DNA of 64,000 nucleotides from Nitrosopumilus sp. (GTDB lineage: Archaea > Thermoproteota > Nitrososphaeria > Nitrososphaerales > Nitrosopumilaceae). Location of the stretch: positions 1,088,001-1,152,000 of the forward strand of contig OZ243974.1 in the NCBI GenBank assembly GCA_965214775.1, in the 5' to 3' direction. How positions within the stretch are numbered: the stretch's first letter is position 1; the number at the start of each line of letters is the position of its first letter. The notes under the pieces were generated by a model. The model was not told the origin of the DNA. It saw only the letters and a list, made by a program, of their open reading frames with translations, and made no database searches. Below are positions 1 through 10,848 of this stretch, one piece after another. Position numbers and translations under genes: made by a program.

Positions 1-1133
1 ACAGGATTCTCGCTGACGGTCCATGGCCTGACGCTCTTGGCACAGCGATACCCCGTCTTGATGCCCCACCTGTTCCGATACTCTTTTGTCACATAGTAGA
101 ACAGCTGTCGGTAGCTGTGGCAGTGTACCGTGGTCGCAAACACGTGGTATCTGTCAAGGATGTTCTTTGCCGTGGACTTTGGGATCTTCCTGATGACCAG
201 AGTGAACGTGAATCTCTTGCCGTCTGATGACTCAGGTATATTTTGATACTGCCTTTCTCTTGCCGCAGGCACGCTGTACGATGGCCTGCTTTATCCCCGG
301 CGTCTTGACTGCAGGCATGATGAATGCAAACCCGGTGCCGTATATGGCATCCATTACGTCTACTGAAAAGAACCCCCTGTCAAGCAGGATGACGCTTTGC
401 CTTGACCCAGGCCTGGACGTAATGCCCAGATCGGCGCATTTTTGGAGCATATTACGCACCAAATCGGCCTGTTCGTAGCCCCTGGTCATCATACTACAAC
501 CGGCATGCACGTCGGCGCCGGCATTGGATGTCATCTTGTATATCATGTACTTTTCAAAGTTGGAGGTGCCCCTGTCGTACTTTGACTTTGCCAGGTATCT
601 CATGTCGGGGTTCTTGTCGTACCTGGGCATCTTGGTCTCGTCTATGGCAAGAACCGGTGCCCTGTGGCTCCTTTTGAGGGCGTGAAGCTGCCGATCCACT
701 GCTTCTGCTGCCGTGTAGTGCAGCATTGCATCGCACCTTTTCTCCATCGCAGACAGTCCTGTGGATCCCAGCTTTCCAAGAAGCCAGGCCGAGCCGGGTA
801 CCGCTACTGCTCCGGCGCCCTCCGATGCGAGGAGTGCAAGCTTTTGGACGGTATGCTTGCACATGCAGTGCGCACAGTTGAAATCCGGACATTTTTTATC
901 AAAATAGGCACGATATGTCAAAATTACGGTCCGTTTTTTGATGTGCGCACTACAGAACGCTCTGACATGGAAGCAATCAGGTCGGAGGCGTCTTCCACGC
1001 CCCACATGGCGTTGTGCCTTGTGGAGTATCTGATTCCCAGCATGTCTATTGCGGTGACCAGGGACCTGAATCCTGCCTTGCCGTACCCTGTCCGGAGGCG
1101 TTGTTGCTGCTGATCCGTTACTTTTTCGGCCAT
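1..1133 (-). pseudogene. ISH3-family (IS4-like) DDE transposase, broken by a MITE (865-953) and a frameshift near 232; runs off the window start
   Basis: Motifs LAIDET, LLDRGF and, in a second frame, EYRNRWGIKTGY. Similar to the intact transposase at 15317-16441. Probable element end GTTATGCAACAAACTAC near 1186-1202. Confidence 0.85.
865..953. mobile_element. MITE family A (~89 bp, GTAGTGC...GCACTAC ends)
   Basis: Terminal inverted repeat; same core AAATAGGCACGAT at 39258-39347, 48498-48587, 52182-52270 (reverse) and 52387-52476; removal restores the host reading frame. Confidence 0.8.
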
Positions 1134-1277
1134 GATTTGTTGATCATTCCGGTGATTTTCGGCCAGATTCCAAATTTTAGGCAGGGTTATGCAACAAACT
1201 ACAGGTTAGTCAAATTTTATGTACGGTGAACCAATCTTTACACCTGAAATTAAGTACATATTCTAACAGAAAACTCG

Positions 1278-1925
1278 ATGGCAAACCTGCACGACAAGTG
1301 GTCAAAACAACCCCAGCCTGGAATTGGAGAGAAGATAAATGACACTCTAAAACCAAAAGGCCCTCTAAAACCACGGGTTCAAACAGCCATCAAAAAATTA
1401 CAACTACAAATCAAGAAACTGGACTCGATGCTTACAAGTCTTCAAGATCGTGATGCCAAACTATTCCAGAGAATTGTCGGGGCAACCCAAAAACATGATG
1501 TCCAAACCAGCAAGGTTCTGGGAAATGAACTTGCCGAAGTTAGAAAGGTTACCAAAATTCTAAGCAGTGCCAGAGTTGCCTTGGAACAAATTGAGTTGAG
1601 ACTAACAACATGCAGTGATCTTGGCGACACTGTAGTTGCCATCATGCCAACAATGGGTCTGATGAAAAACCTCAAATCTTCACTAGGAAAGATAATGCCT
1701 GGAGCAGAACAGGAGATTGGCCAGATGGCAGAAATGCTTGGAGGTTTTATGACAGAAAGCTTCTCCGGCGATGCGGCATTTGGAATTGACGAGTCAACAA
1801 ATGCCGAATCTGATGCAATCCTTAAAGAGGCAGCAGCTGTAGCAGAAAGTTCAACTAGAGAAATGTTCCCGTCGGTTCCAACCCCGACCAAAGAATCTTC
1901 TACCACCACCACAAAATTCCTTTAA
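1278..1925 (+). CDS. ESCRT-III / Snf7-family protein (CdvB paralog)
   Basis: Basic N-terminal coiled coil, NELAEVRK and ALEQIELRL motifs, acidic C-terminus. Confidence 0.85.
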   Translation: MANLHDKWSKQPQPGIGEKINDTLKPKGPLKPRVQTAIKKLQLQIKKLDSMLTSLQDRDAKLFQRIVGATQKHDVQTSKVLGNELAEVRKVTKILSSARVALEQIELRLTTCSDLGDTVVAIMPTMGLMKNLKSSLGKIMPGAEQEIGQMAEMLGGFMTESFSGDAAFGIDESTNAESDAILKEAAAVAESSTREMFPSVPTPTKESSTTTTKFL

Positions 1926-1942
1926 TTGGAAAATACTTTTCT

Positions 1943-2422
1943 CTAAAGTGACTCTCTTGATTCTTTTACCCTCTTTACCCTGCTTCCTTCATCATCAATT
2001 ACTTTATCGATGCTAGAAAGTCTGTCTCTTAAGGAATTAATTATAGAGCCTACCTCGTCTGCCTCGTCTTCTACCTGCTTTCTCTTGCCTGTCAGCTCTT
2101 GAATTCCCTTGTTTTCCTCGTCAATATACTCGCTGACTTTATGCAATTTTTCTTTAAGGTTTTTGATATCCACTGATTCTTCCTCAATATCCTTTTCAAG
2201 CAACGTTCTCTTGTCTTTGAGATTCTTAATCATCAATCCCACATAATCGATGGCCTCTTCTAACTTGGCACGTTTTCCCATCAATTCTCCTATTCCTATC
2301 TGGCTTTCAGTTTCAACAGGCGAACTTGCTTCCACATTTCCCAAAGCCTCTTCTTTGCCGTCCCCCACTTTCTCTTCTGCCATCTCTCCACCTTCTCCCT
2401 CTTTTCTGAATCTATCAAACAT
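1943..2422 (-). CDS. Coiled-coil hypothetical protein
   Basis: Heptad-rich ORF; start placed at MFDRFRK. Confidence 0.7.
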   Translation of the reverse strand: MFDRFRKEGEGGEMAEEKVGDGKEEALGNVEASSPVETESQIGIGELMGKRAKLEEAIDYVGLMIKNLKDKRTLLEKDIEEESVDIKNLKEKLHKVSEYIDEENKGIQELTGKRKQVEDEADEVGSIINSLRDRLSSIDKVIDDEGSRVKRVKESRESL

Positions 2423-2545
2423 TTTATGATTTTCTTTCCAAAATAGGAATAAAAAGTTATTATGAGTCTCAAAACTGACCTTGTGACTGATTTTTTTGGA
2501 TAAAAGAAGAACGGCGATCATCATCGTCGTCATAACAACCGCGGA

Positions 2546-2807
2546 GAAAGATCGCGCTCTGGAAGTTCAGACACGAATTTTGCCACCAAAAAGGGCCGTT
2601 CAAACAGAATCTGTGCCTAAAATAGCAAATCACTTGCAGAGCCCGGAACTTGCAATGTACGAGGTCACCTACCCCCATCAGTCAGGCACGAATTAGCATG
2701 AGTGATTGTGATCTTCGTGCCTAGCTAGCAAGGGGACGTGACCACATACCTTGCAATCTGTGCCTAAAATCATCATCCGAAGCGACTTTCAGACCCCCCG
2801 ATCAGCT
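2546..2807. mobile_element. MITE family D (TAACAGMTCGGGCTCTGGAAG-type ends), partly duplicated, with a family E MITE inside
   Basis: Similar to 32497-32605, 41330-41437 and 50983-51092. Confidence 0.65.
2657..2749. mobile_element. MITE family E (93 bp, GTAYGWGGTCAC ends)
   Basis: Inverted termini; exact 8-bp target duplication CTTGCAAT (2649-2656 and 2750-2757); other copies at 15089-15181 and 39352-39444. Confidence 0.9.
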
Positions 2808-3023
2808 AGCCGATTACCGTTCTTTCAAGTTCTTGGGCAGAATCTGATTCTTTTGTTGTCTTTTTCAGGACCAACTTTACTGGAATCTCTCTCCTCTTTG
2901 CATCATCACCACTTTACTGGAAAATTTCCCATCTTTTGCCCTGAAATAGGGCGTTCCGCTTTGCGTTCCGCTATAAAGTTTCAAAACGTCCCTCATTAAG
3001 CCAAGCAACGTATACTACCATAC

Positions 3024-3311
3024 ATGTCAAAACAACAATACAGGTCCGAAATGGGCATAATGGGCGATATCTTAGATGTAACTGCCGATGGCGGTCGCAA
3101 CGGAGTCATTGTATCTGCAATTTCTCGCAAAGCCAACCTATCTCACTATGCAGTGCTAGGCAAATGTGAAAAATTGGTAGAAGCTGGCTTGGTCGAATCC
3201 GTCAAAAATGACCGAAACAGGGTCTTTTTGATAACTGAAAAAGGACTTCAGTTTTTCCAGGAGTTCAAGAGATTTCAGGGACTCGTGGAGAGCATGAATC
3301 TAAGGTATTGA
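3024..3311 (+). CDS. Winged-helix transcriptional regulator
   Basis: YRS...I.DIL N-terminus, ISRKANLS helix, ITEKG wing. Confidence 0.85.
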   Translation: MSKQQYRSEMGIMGDILDVTADGGRNGVIVSAISRKANLSHYAVLGKCEKLVEAGLVESVKNDRNRVFLITEKGLQFFQEFKRFQGLVESMNLRY

Positions 3312-3315
3312 GCAT

Positions 3316-4371
3316 ATGATTCCACAAACCGTACCGCCAATGCATGGGAACGAGTCTCTTCGGGATGACGATAATGGAATGCTTTTTGTAAGGACTGAGG
3401 ATATCCTCGATACAATGGTTAATGCACCAATTTTGATAGTTGGGTTGATGGTTGTAGCTTTGACGGTACCTCTTCAGGCCTCATTTGGCTCAACTCGAAG
3501 TCTGGATCTTACCATTTACTCAGATGGCTCGGCACACATTTCAGCTGAAATTGAGGTGGATCCTCTTGAGCCAGATTTTGAGGTGGATCTTTTTGGACCG
3601 TCAGTTGATAACTTTGTTGCAGTCAGTGAGAATGGATTTTTGCTGTCTAGTGAAATCATAGATGACAAAGTGACAATTGATACCTTTGGTTCTTCCTCTA
3701 TTGCCATTGATTATGACATTCACGATTTAATTTCTAAAGAGGGAAGAATATGGACATTTTCTCTTGATTCTCCTTCAGATTATTCATTGCTAATGCCGTC
3801 TAACTCTATTATTGTTGGAATGAATGCACTTCCAACCAATCTGGACATTGAAAATGATCAAACTAGATTAGAATTGGGCCCCGGTCTTTCTGAGGTAAAC
3901 TATATTTTCGGAACGGCAAACCCGCCGGTTACAAATCCTGAAGAACCGCCAACCCACCTTCAGTATCTTGCAACCATTGTTATTGGCGGTGGCATAGCAG
4001 CAGCAGCAATAGCCGCCGCAGTGGCAGGCGGAGTGCTTGTCATGAAAAGAAAACAAGAACCAAAGCCGTCTCCGGCTATTCAAACGGAAACTGTATCTGC
4101 TGACCCAAAACCAACCGGAGATGGCCTTGACACTGAAACAATTTTCAGGATGAGACCAGAAATGCGTGACGATGACAAAGAGATAGTGAAATTTATCTCT
4201 GAAAATGGGGGAGAAGCGTTTGAGAGTGATTTGAGAAAAAAATTCCTTCAACCAAGAACTACGATGTGGAGAGCAGTAAAGCGGCTTGAAAGACACGGCG
4301 TAATTGAAATCACCAAGAAGGATCTGCAAAATCTTGTAAAACTGAAAAAAGATATGGAGGAAGAGGAATGA
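3316..4371 (+). CDS. Membrane-anchored protein with C-terminal winged HTH
   Basis: Hydrophobic segments, extracellular domain, C-terminal ESDLRKKF..PRTTMWRAVKRLE; start uncertain. Confidence 0.75.
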   Translation: MIPQTVPPMHGNESLRDDDNGMLFVRTEDILDTMVNAPILIVGLMVVALTVPLQASFGSTRSLDLTIYSDGSAHISAEIEVDPLEPDFEVDLFGPSVDNFVAVSENGFLLSSEIIDDKVTIDTFGSSSIAIDYDIHDLISKEGRIWTFSLDSPSDYSLLMPSNSIIVGMNALPTNLDIENDQTRLELGPGLSEVNYIFGTANPPVTNPEEPPTHLQYLATIVIGGGIAAAAIAAAVAGGVLVMKRKQEPKPSPAIQTETVSADPKPTGDGLDTETIFRMRPEMRDDDKEIVKFISENGGEAFESDLRKKFLQPRTTMWRAVKRLERHGVIEITKKDLQNLVKLKKDMEEEE

Positions 4372-5384
4372 AGGTTGTAACTGCGCTTGCCTTGATGCTG
4401 CTTGTAGCCGGCATTGGCCTGGGTGGAATTGCTGATTCTGCCTCGGCGCAAGACGATCCGGCAATTCTGCTTGAACTAGCCAAGCGTGCCCAAGATCAAA
4501 TCTCCGACCAAGTTTCAGAGAATCCTTCTGATAATATCAAAAGGATGTTCGGCGAAGGCACCCATCATGTGGAATCTTTGGAAAAATCAATTCATGCAGG
4601 CGACGCTGAATCAGCAAAAGAACATTTCCTTTCTGCCATGAAAATCTTCAAAGAAATCTCAATCCGTCTTTCGGCATCAGACCATATATCACAAACCGAA
4701 TCAGCTGAGGCAACCTCCTCGGATGCAAAAAACCCAACCAGTGATCTAAACAGACTATCTGCATATGTTCAAAGTCTCAAAACCATTGCAGGGAAACACG
4801 ATGCAGCAATTGATTTTTCAACCCTGGACAGGCTGTTTGATGCAGCAGCACAACAAATCCGCTCACATGAATACCGACTTGCACTTGAAACACTTCAAGA
4901 GATTAGGCAGGAGGTAGCCAAAATCAAAAAAGAACTGCGTGACAAGGCTTTGCAGCAGGAATCAGAACGAGCCAAACACTATGCGCAAAAATACCTGGAA
5001 CAATTAGACAGGCTAATCGAAAATGCCAAAAAACAGGGTGTTTCTGATGAGATTATTGAAAAATTAGAGGCTGCAAAAGAGAACCTCTCATCAGCTGACA
5101 ATCCCTCTGAAATTGCAAAAGAAATTAGAAAGATCATGTCCATAAAGGATCAGTTTGAATTAACAAAAAATGACAGGCTTGAATCCAGAGTTTTGCAAGT
5201 TGAAAAAATTATTTCAAGATTGGCACAGTCTGATGGAGCAGACGCAGATCTGCTGGAGGATGCCGGGAACACCCTTGAATCAATAAAGGAGCTCTTGGCT
5301 GATGGGCAACTTGATGAGGCAAACCAGCAATTAAGAGATCTGGCAGACCAATTGAAAGAAATCAGAAACTCAACAACACGCTAG
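4368..5384 (+). CDS. Secreted helical hypothetical protein
   Basis: Signal peptide; ATGA overlap with the upstream gene. Confidence 0.75.
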   Translation: MKVVTALALMLLVAGIGLGGIADSASAQDDPAILLELAKRAQDQISDQVSENPSDNIKRMFGEGTHHVESLEKSIHAGDAESAKEHFLSAMKIFKEISIRLSASDHISQTESAEATSSDAKNPTSDLNRLSAYVQSLKTIAGKHDAAIDFSTLDRLFDAAAQQIRSHEYRLALETLQEIRQEVAKIKKELRDKALQQESERAKHYAQKYLEQLDRLIENAKKQGVSDEIIEKLEAAKENLSSADNPSEIAKEIRKIMSIKDQFELTKNDRLESRVLQVEKIISRLAQSDGADADLLEDAGNTLESIKELLADGQLDEANQQLRDLADQLKEIRNSTTR

Positions 5385-5431
5385 CAGTCATCATAAGCTT
5401 CATATACATTTTCTAGACAGCATTGTTGAGC

Positions 5432-5626
5432 ATGGCATCAAAACCAATCACTGTTGGCGTAGGCATTCCAATGGTTGTGGTTGGCGCTTTAATGGCATGG
5501 CTGTGGGCCCCAGTTGAGGGAGTCTATCAGAACCAGGTGGAACTTGTAGGCAGCACAATCGGAATTTTAGGAGCCGTGTTCTTTATTTCAGGCCTGTTCT
5601 ATTCTAAAGAACCTGTGGCGCATTAG
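5432..5626 (+). CDS. Small two-TM membrane protein
   Basis: Two hydrophobic helices. Confidence 0.6.
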   Translation: MASKPITVGVGIPMVVVGALMAWLWAPVEGVYQNQVELVGSTIGILGAVFFISGLFYSKEPVAH

Positions 5627-5671
5627 AAAACCCACTGAATAAATAATGAACAAATTTACAACTATACGGGC

Positions 5672-6385
5672 TTGAAAATTAGACTGTTTGAGGTGTTCAC
5701 ATCAGTTGAAGGCGAAGGAATTCTTTATGGAACAAAGACACTCTTTGTAAGGCTGGCAGGATGCCCGTTCACATGTTTTTACTGCGATACCAAGGAATCT
5801 CTCCCCCTTGATTCTGGAAACGAGTATTCCATTGAGGAGGCAACCAGACTGATTGACTCTAATTTACAGCATCAAACATACAAGGTGAATTTCACCGGAG
5901 GCGATCCGTTAATCCAACACCAGGCAACTGCAGAACTTGCAAAACACGTCCAGTCCAAAAAAATTCCCACCTATCTTGAATCCTCGTGCTTTGACATTGA
6001 TAGGTTCAACCATGTCCTGCCGTTTATCGATATTGTAAAAATTGAGTTTAAGACACGTGACTCTGAATTTGTCGATTCACAGCACTATGAAAAACTAACC
6101 CGGCATGCAATCTGGTGCCTCGAGTCTTCAGTCAAATCGAAAAAGACAACCTACATCAAAATTGTGGCAAGCTCTAAAACCAAAGCAGATGATTTCAAAG
6201 ATTTGACAAATCAAATCTTCAACTCTGTATCAAAGGATGACATTGACGGGTTTGTCATTCAGCCAACGCATGGGATCTCAGTACCTTCCCTAGAACTGTT
6301 GCTCGAATTGTATGACGTTGTTTATCCCAATTACGCCGATGTCAAAGTCGTTCCCCAGCTGCACAAGTTTATTGGCGCCCCATAG
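5672..6385 (+). CDS. queE: 7-carboxy-7-deazaguanine synthase (radical SAM)
   Basis: EVFTSVEGEG, CPFTCFYCDT, TGGDP, PQLHK. Confidence 0.92.
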   Translation: MKIRLFEVFTSVEGEGILYGTKTLFVRLAGCPFTCFYCDTKESLPLDSGNEYSIEEATRLIDSNLQHQTYKVNFTGGDPLIQHQATAELAKHVQSKKIPTYLESSCFDIDRFNHVLPFIDIVKIEFKTRDSEFVDSQHYEKLTRHAIWCLESSVKSKKTTYIKIVASSKTKADDFKDLTNQIFNSVSKDDIDGFVIQPTHGISVPSLELLLELYDVVYPNYADVKVVPQLHKFIGAP

Positions 6386-6452
6386 TTTGGCACTGCCACC
6401 TGCATAACATTCCGATTAGGTTCAAATACTGGCAAAAACCTGTGAAATTGTC

Positions 6453-7010
6453 ATGGATGATAAAAGAGTCAAAAAACTTGTTCGTGAGCTGATCATTGAG
6501 GTCGGGGAAGATCCTACCCGCGAGGGGCTGAGGGAAACGCCCAGAAGGATTGCAGACATGTACAAGGAAATCTTTTCAGGCTATGACTCTGACTCTGAAC
6601 TGTCCGTTCAATTCTCAGAAGACTCTGACGTCGTAGTTGCTCGCGACATTCAATTCTATTCCATGTGTGAGCATCACATGCTGCCTTTCTTTGGCAAAAT
6701 CCACATTGCATATTCTCCAAACGGGCGTGTCTTTGGAATATCAAAACTGGTCAGACTGGTAGAAAAACACTCCAAGCGACTACAAATCCAAGAAAGACTG
6801 ACCAAGAATATTGCAGACGAATTGTACTCTCAAGGAGTCAAAGGCGTAGTAGTTTTGGCCGATGCTGAGCATTTATGCATGAAGATGAGGGGGGTAAGAA
6901 ATGATGCAATGCTGTCCTCTTCAGCATTTAGAGGGATTTATGAAAATAAAGAAGAAAAAGAGGGTATCATGACTATGATCCGCAAGCGTGCCTCGGATTC
7001 CTCGTTTTGA
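6453..7010 (+). CDS. folE: GTP cyclohydrolase I
   Basis: REGLRETPRR, SMCEHHMLPF, QIQERLT, HLCMKMRG. Confidence 0.95.
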   Translation: MDDKRVKKLVRELIIEVGEDPTREGLRETPRRIADMYKEIFSGYDSDSELSVQFSEDSDVVVARDIQFYSMCEHHMLPFFGKIHIAYSPNGRVFGISKLVRLVEKHSKRLQIQERLTKNIADELYSQGVKGVVVLADAEHLCMKMRGVRNDAMLSSSAFRGIYENKEEKEGIMTMIRKRASDSSF

Positions 7011-7050
7011 TATATGAAAAATTAAATACCGATCCCATTTCAAAAAACCC

Positions 7051-7311
7051 ATGCACGACGGTAAGAAGATTGCCCATATACCAAAAGAGTCGTGGCCCGG
7101 CTGGACGTGGTATGCAATTGAATTTGGAATCGTTCTTGCAACATCAATGCTTGTTTCAAGGGAAATAACCGACTCTTTTGTGGGCCTGGCTCCTGATTTG
7201 CAGAACTATGTCTTTATGGGAATAGTCGGACTGATCTTCTTGGCGTGGTATATCGGAATTAGGGGATTTATTCTCAAAAAGAAAATCCTACGAAACAGCT
7301 ACGAAAACTAG
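7051..7311 (+). CDS. Small membrane protein
   Basis: Two TM segments, basic tail. Confidence 0.6.
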   Translation: MHDGKKIAHIPKESWPGWTWYAIEFGIVLATSMLVSREITDSFVGLAPDLQNYVFMGIVGLIFLAWYIGIRGFILKKKILRNSYEN

Positions 7312-7991
7312 GAGAGGTACTCCGTCTTGTCCTTGATCTTTGCTTTTGCAAAAGCTTTTCTTCTGTTCTGGCATGACTCGCAGCTTCCACAGTGATGTTT
7401 CTTGTTGGCATAGCAGCTCCATGTTTTGAAGATCAAATCCCCCAAATTTTTCACTCCTGCCTTCAACAGGTCACTTTTTGAGATCCCCTGGCGATACGGA
7501 GACCAAATCTCGACATTTTTTCTTAATCCTGACCTTATTCCGTCGGCTTCTCCCTGATTGAATGCGGATTCTAACTTTCGCGCAAATGCGGGCCTGCAAT
7601 CAGGATAGTGCCTGTCGCCTGTATGCGCCCCATAAACCACCAGCGATGCGTTTAGCGTGTATGCCCAGGCAGAGGCAATAGACAAAAAGACGGCATTTCT
7701 GATTGGAACCACAATGGAATAGTCAAACGTGCTTGGAATCTTCCTCTTGGAGCTGGTCAGTGCGTTTGAATCCCCGTACAAATCCTTCATAAACCCGATA
7801 TCGATAATTTTGTGCTCTTTGAAGCCTAGTTTTTTTGCAAAGGTCTTTGCAGCTGCTACCTCGTTGCTTGCCTTTTGGCCATAGGAGAATGTAATTCCAT
7901 GCAGCTCGTACCTTGATTTTAAGAGCGAGACTGCACATATGGAGTCTATTCCTCCGCTAAGAACTGCCACTGCCTTTTTCATGCCGTTCAT
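7308..7991 (-). CDS. queC: 7-cyano-7-deazaguanine synthase
   Basis: SGGIDS, VPIRN, YPDCR, TWSCY...CGSCESC. Confidence 0.93.
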   Translation of the reverse strand: MNGMKKAVAVLSGGIDSICAVSLLKSRYELHGITFSYGQKASNEVAAAKTFAKKLGFKEHKIIDIGFMKDLYGDSNALTSSKRKIPSTFDYSIVVPIRNAVFLSIASAWAYTLNASLVVYGAHTGDRHYPDCRPAFARKLESAFNQGEADGIRSGLRKNVEIWSPYRQGISKSDLLKAGVKNLGDLIFKTWSCYANKKHHCGSCESCQNRRKAFAKAKIKDKTEYLS

Positions 7992-8911
7992 TTTTTCAGA
8001 TTTATTGCACCCCTGCTGGGCTTGCAAATTACAGTCTGTGATCCTATCTTTGCCGATGAAAATCCTCTTGACATTGCCTTGCTGATCTCTGTCATGTGTG
8101 ACCTGCCTGATGCAAACGCAATTACGGATGGGCCTGCACCGCTAATTGTTACTCCTGTGGCTCCTGCCTCAAGGGCGTTTTTTTTAACCTGATCAAATCC
8201 TGGAATCATGTGTTTTCTTGCCGGCTCCACAATGACATCCACGACGGATCTTCCTATTAATGATGTGTCTCCGGTCGCAAATCCTGCCACGATTGCCGAG
8301 GCGTTTGATAAATTCAAAATACTGTCTGACAGTCTGATTCTTTTTGGAATTACCCCTCTTGACACCTTGGTTTTCTTTTTGGGAACATCCAGCCTGGGTA
8401 CTGCAACACACATTCGCAGATCTGCAGGCGGCTCAACCCTGATCACGTTGACCGGGTTTGTTTTAACAATTACAAAGCCTCCCAGCACGGATGCTGCGAC
8501 ATTGTCATAATGAATTGATCCTGCACTTGCTTTTTCTCCAGAACCGGCAAACTCTACTAGCGAGTCTTCATCTAGTTTCAAATTGAACAGCCTGTCAAAC
8601 GCAACTGCAGCAGCCGCGGCAGAGGCTGCACTGCTTCCCATTCCAAATCCCGCGGGAATTCCCTTCTTGATTCCAACTTCTATTCCGTCCTCAATCCCGA
8701 ATCTTTTTTTCATGTTTTTTACAACCAGTCCGGCCGTATTACTGTTGGAATCTTTTGGAAGATCATCTTTTGTTGCGATTGAAACCCCTGATCTTGTTTT
8801 TGAAAGCGTAATTTCATCAAAAAACGCATCAATGGCCAGGCCAAACACGTCAAATCCCGGGCCTAAATTTGCAGTTGATGCCGGTGCCTTGACTGTGACT
8901 TTTGTAACCAA
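7988..8911 (-). CDS. thrB: Homoserine kinase
   Basis: PASTANLGPGFD, GMGSSAAS, HYDNVA, SGAGPS. Confidence 0.95.
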   Translation of the reverse strand: MVTKVTVKAPASTANLGPGFDVFGLAIDAFFDEITLSKTRSGVSIATKDDLPKDSNSNTAGLVVKNMKKRFGIEDGIEVGIKKGIPAGFGMGSSAASAAAAAVAFDRLFNLKLDEDSLVEFAGSGEKASAGSIHYDNVAASVLGGFVIVKTNPVNVIRVEPPADLRMCVAVPRLDVPKKKTKVSRGVIPKRIRLSDSILNLSNASAIVAGFATGDTSLIGRSVVDVIVEPARKHMIPGFDQVKKNALEAGATGVTISGAGPSVIAFASGRSHMTEISKAMSRGFSSAKIGSQTVICKPSRGAINLKK

Positions 8912-9670
8912 CTAGTCTTCTACCTCCTCGCCCAAGTTAAGAATTCTGCTCAGAGAACCCTCCAAATTGACCAATCCCTCTCCGGTTACATTTGAAATTG
9001 GAATCAGTCCCTGGGCAAACCCGCCCAGGTTCAATCCCCGTAAAATGCTGGAAGTCAACGCGTATGTGTCGCCATCTGCATCCTTTGCTATTGCATTTTC
9101 CAAGGAACTCAGGCTGGTTGACCACTGTAAAATGTCTCTTAATTTGTCTCCTATGATGTCTGTTTTTGTTACTGCATTAATGGCCGGCAGGTTCAAACGC
9201 AATCTGATTGAAGTGGCAAGCAGCGCTATTGAAACAAAATTTACGGGGGTTGTAATTAATGCGCCGTCGAAAAGAAAAATATTTGTCTTTTCCTCAAATG
9301 TCAGGTTTTCTACCAGGAATCGTCCACTAGAACGATACGCAAACAGTTCAATCTGACCGGGGGTATCTACGATTAGGTAATCTGGATTGACTCTGTTGAC
9401 CTCGTTGTGAACATCGTCAATTTTTGATGCAATCAGATCACTTGCCATAATTAGCGCTCCGTTTGGGCCTAGATCATACTGCTGCATTATTGATACGATA
9501 TCTACATGGTCTCTTACGTCCACATCGCAGGTATAAGGCAAGTTTTCAACACCCGGATCCAGATTTAGTACCGCAGTAAACGCTCCATTCTTTGTATAGT
9601 ATTCGTGGAGTTTTGACGTAAGTAATGATTTTCCAGAACCTGCAGTTCCCAAAACAAAAATTGATTTCAT
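8912..9670 (-). CDS. GPN-loop GTPase
   Basis: GTAGSGKS, NLDPG, LGPNG, DTPGQIE. Confidence 0.93.
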   Translation of the reverse strand: MKSIFVLGTAGSGKSLLTSKLHEYYTKNGAFTAVLNLDPGVENLPYTCDVDVRDHVDIVSIMQQYDLGPNGALIMASDLIASKIDDVHNEVNRVNPDYLIVDTPGQIELFAYRSSGRFLVENLTFEEKTNIFLFDGALITTPVNFVSIALLATSIRLRLNLPAINAVTKTDIIGDKLRDILQWSTSLSSLENAIAKDADGDTYALTSSILRGLNLGGFAQGLIPISNVTGEGLVNLEGSLSRILNLGEEVED

Positions 9671-9722
9671 CTTTCTCTACTTCTATCCAGCTTTATTTCT
9701 CATATTTCAAACTAGCTTGTTA

Positions 9723-10834
9723 TAGCAACGAGCACAAGTCTTTGAGTCAAAACAGGATCATTTGAAGGGTATAACGATCACGTAACTGGCGCAGTATGTA
9801 TGGCAAAAGAAACAGACAAAAGCCTGTCAGAGGCCATGCACAAAGAAAAGGATGCCAAAGTCTACAAGAAGATCACGGCGCTGATGTCTGTGCCAGAAGA
9901 CGATGCAGGCGTGCCCGAGACTGCAAGAAGGGTGATCCGGTGCAGCGAGAATTCCGTGCGCAGCCGGCCGGCGAGGCTTTCGGAGGACGGCATGGACTGC
10001 CTCCGGGATCTTCCCCGTTCCGGATGCAGACCAAAGGTGGACAGAAAAAAAATTGCCACCATAATGGACTTGTCCATTGAATACAACAGTACCGACGTCA
10101 TGACGGTGCGTGATGACATAAGGGATGCCACCGGGATAGAATACAACATAGAACATGTCCGAAGACTGATGCGCCAGTACGGCCTGTCGCGCCGCAAGGT
10201 GCAAAACGTACATGTCAACCATGCCACCCCAAGCTCGGTATACTCGTGGCAGCGATACCTTGAAAACGTGCGTATTCCGTGCCTGAAAAACGACGGTTTT
10301 ACGCTGGTGTCATCTGATGAGGCGTTCTTCGTGCAGGGCGCATACGACAGATACGTATGGGGTCCGGTCGGCACCAGAAGCGTGGCATCGTATTCGGGGG
10401 ATCACACAAGGGTGGCCGTGTTTGGAAGCATCGCAGAAGACGGCAGGAAGCTGTTCAGGACGTTTACGGGATCGTTTACATCGGTGTAGTTCATACAATG
10501 TCTGGAGGCGCTGCGCGCCAAGTTTGGCAAGGTTGCCGTCTTTTGCGACATATGGAGCGTGCACAGATCTACTGATGTCGCAGAATATCTGGCAGGCCAT
10601 CCCTATGTCAAACTGATAATGCTCCCAAAAGGATCGCCGTACCTCAATATTGTGGAAGAATGCTGGAACCTGGGCAGGCATGTCGTTTTCAGGGGGATAG
10701 TGTACAGAAGGATCAGCAAGCTGCGGCATGCCATATCTGAGTATTACAGGACGGTGTCGTTTGCCCACCTTTGCATGTGCAAGTACATTTACAGATCGCC
10801 GGTCAAGGCCCTCAATTACTTGTGACCGTTGCTA
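9723..10834 (+). mobile_element. IS630-family element
   Basis: TAGCAACG...CGTTGCTA ends flanked by TA; close homologue of 61624-62729. Confidence 0.9.
9800..10825 (+). pseudogene. IS630 transposase with a nonsense codon at 10487-10489
   Basis: TAG where the intact copy (61633-62652) has CAG; further substitutions such as NWLARF to SRPARL. Confidence 0.88.
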
Positions 10835-10848
10835 TACGATAATCCAGT

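Noticed and set aside
5672-7991. queE/folE/queC as a dpd DNA-modification system
   Set aside because: No dpdA/tgt paralog nearby; the housekeeping context fits preQ0/archaeosine synthesis.
10487-10489. Stop-codon readthrough in the IS630 transposase
   Set aside because: The intact copy has CAG here and this copy carries other damaging substitutions; simple decay.
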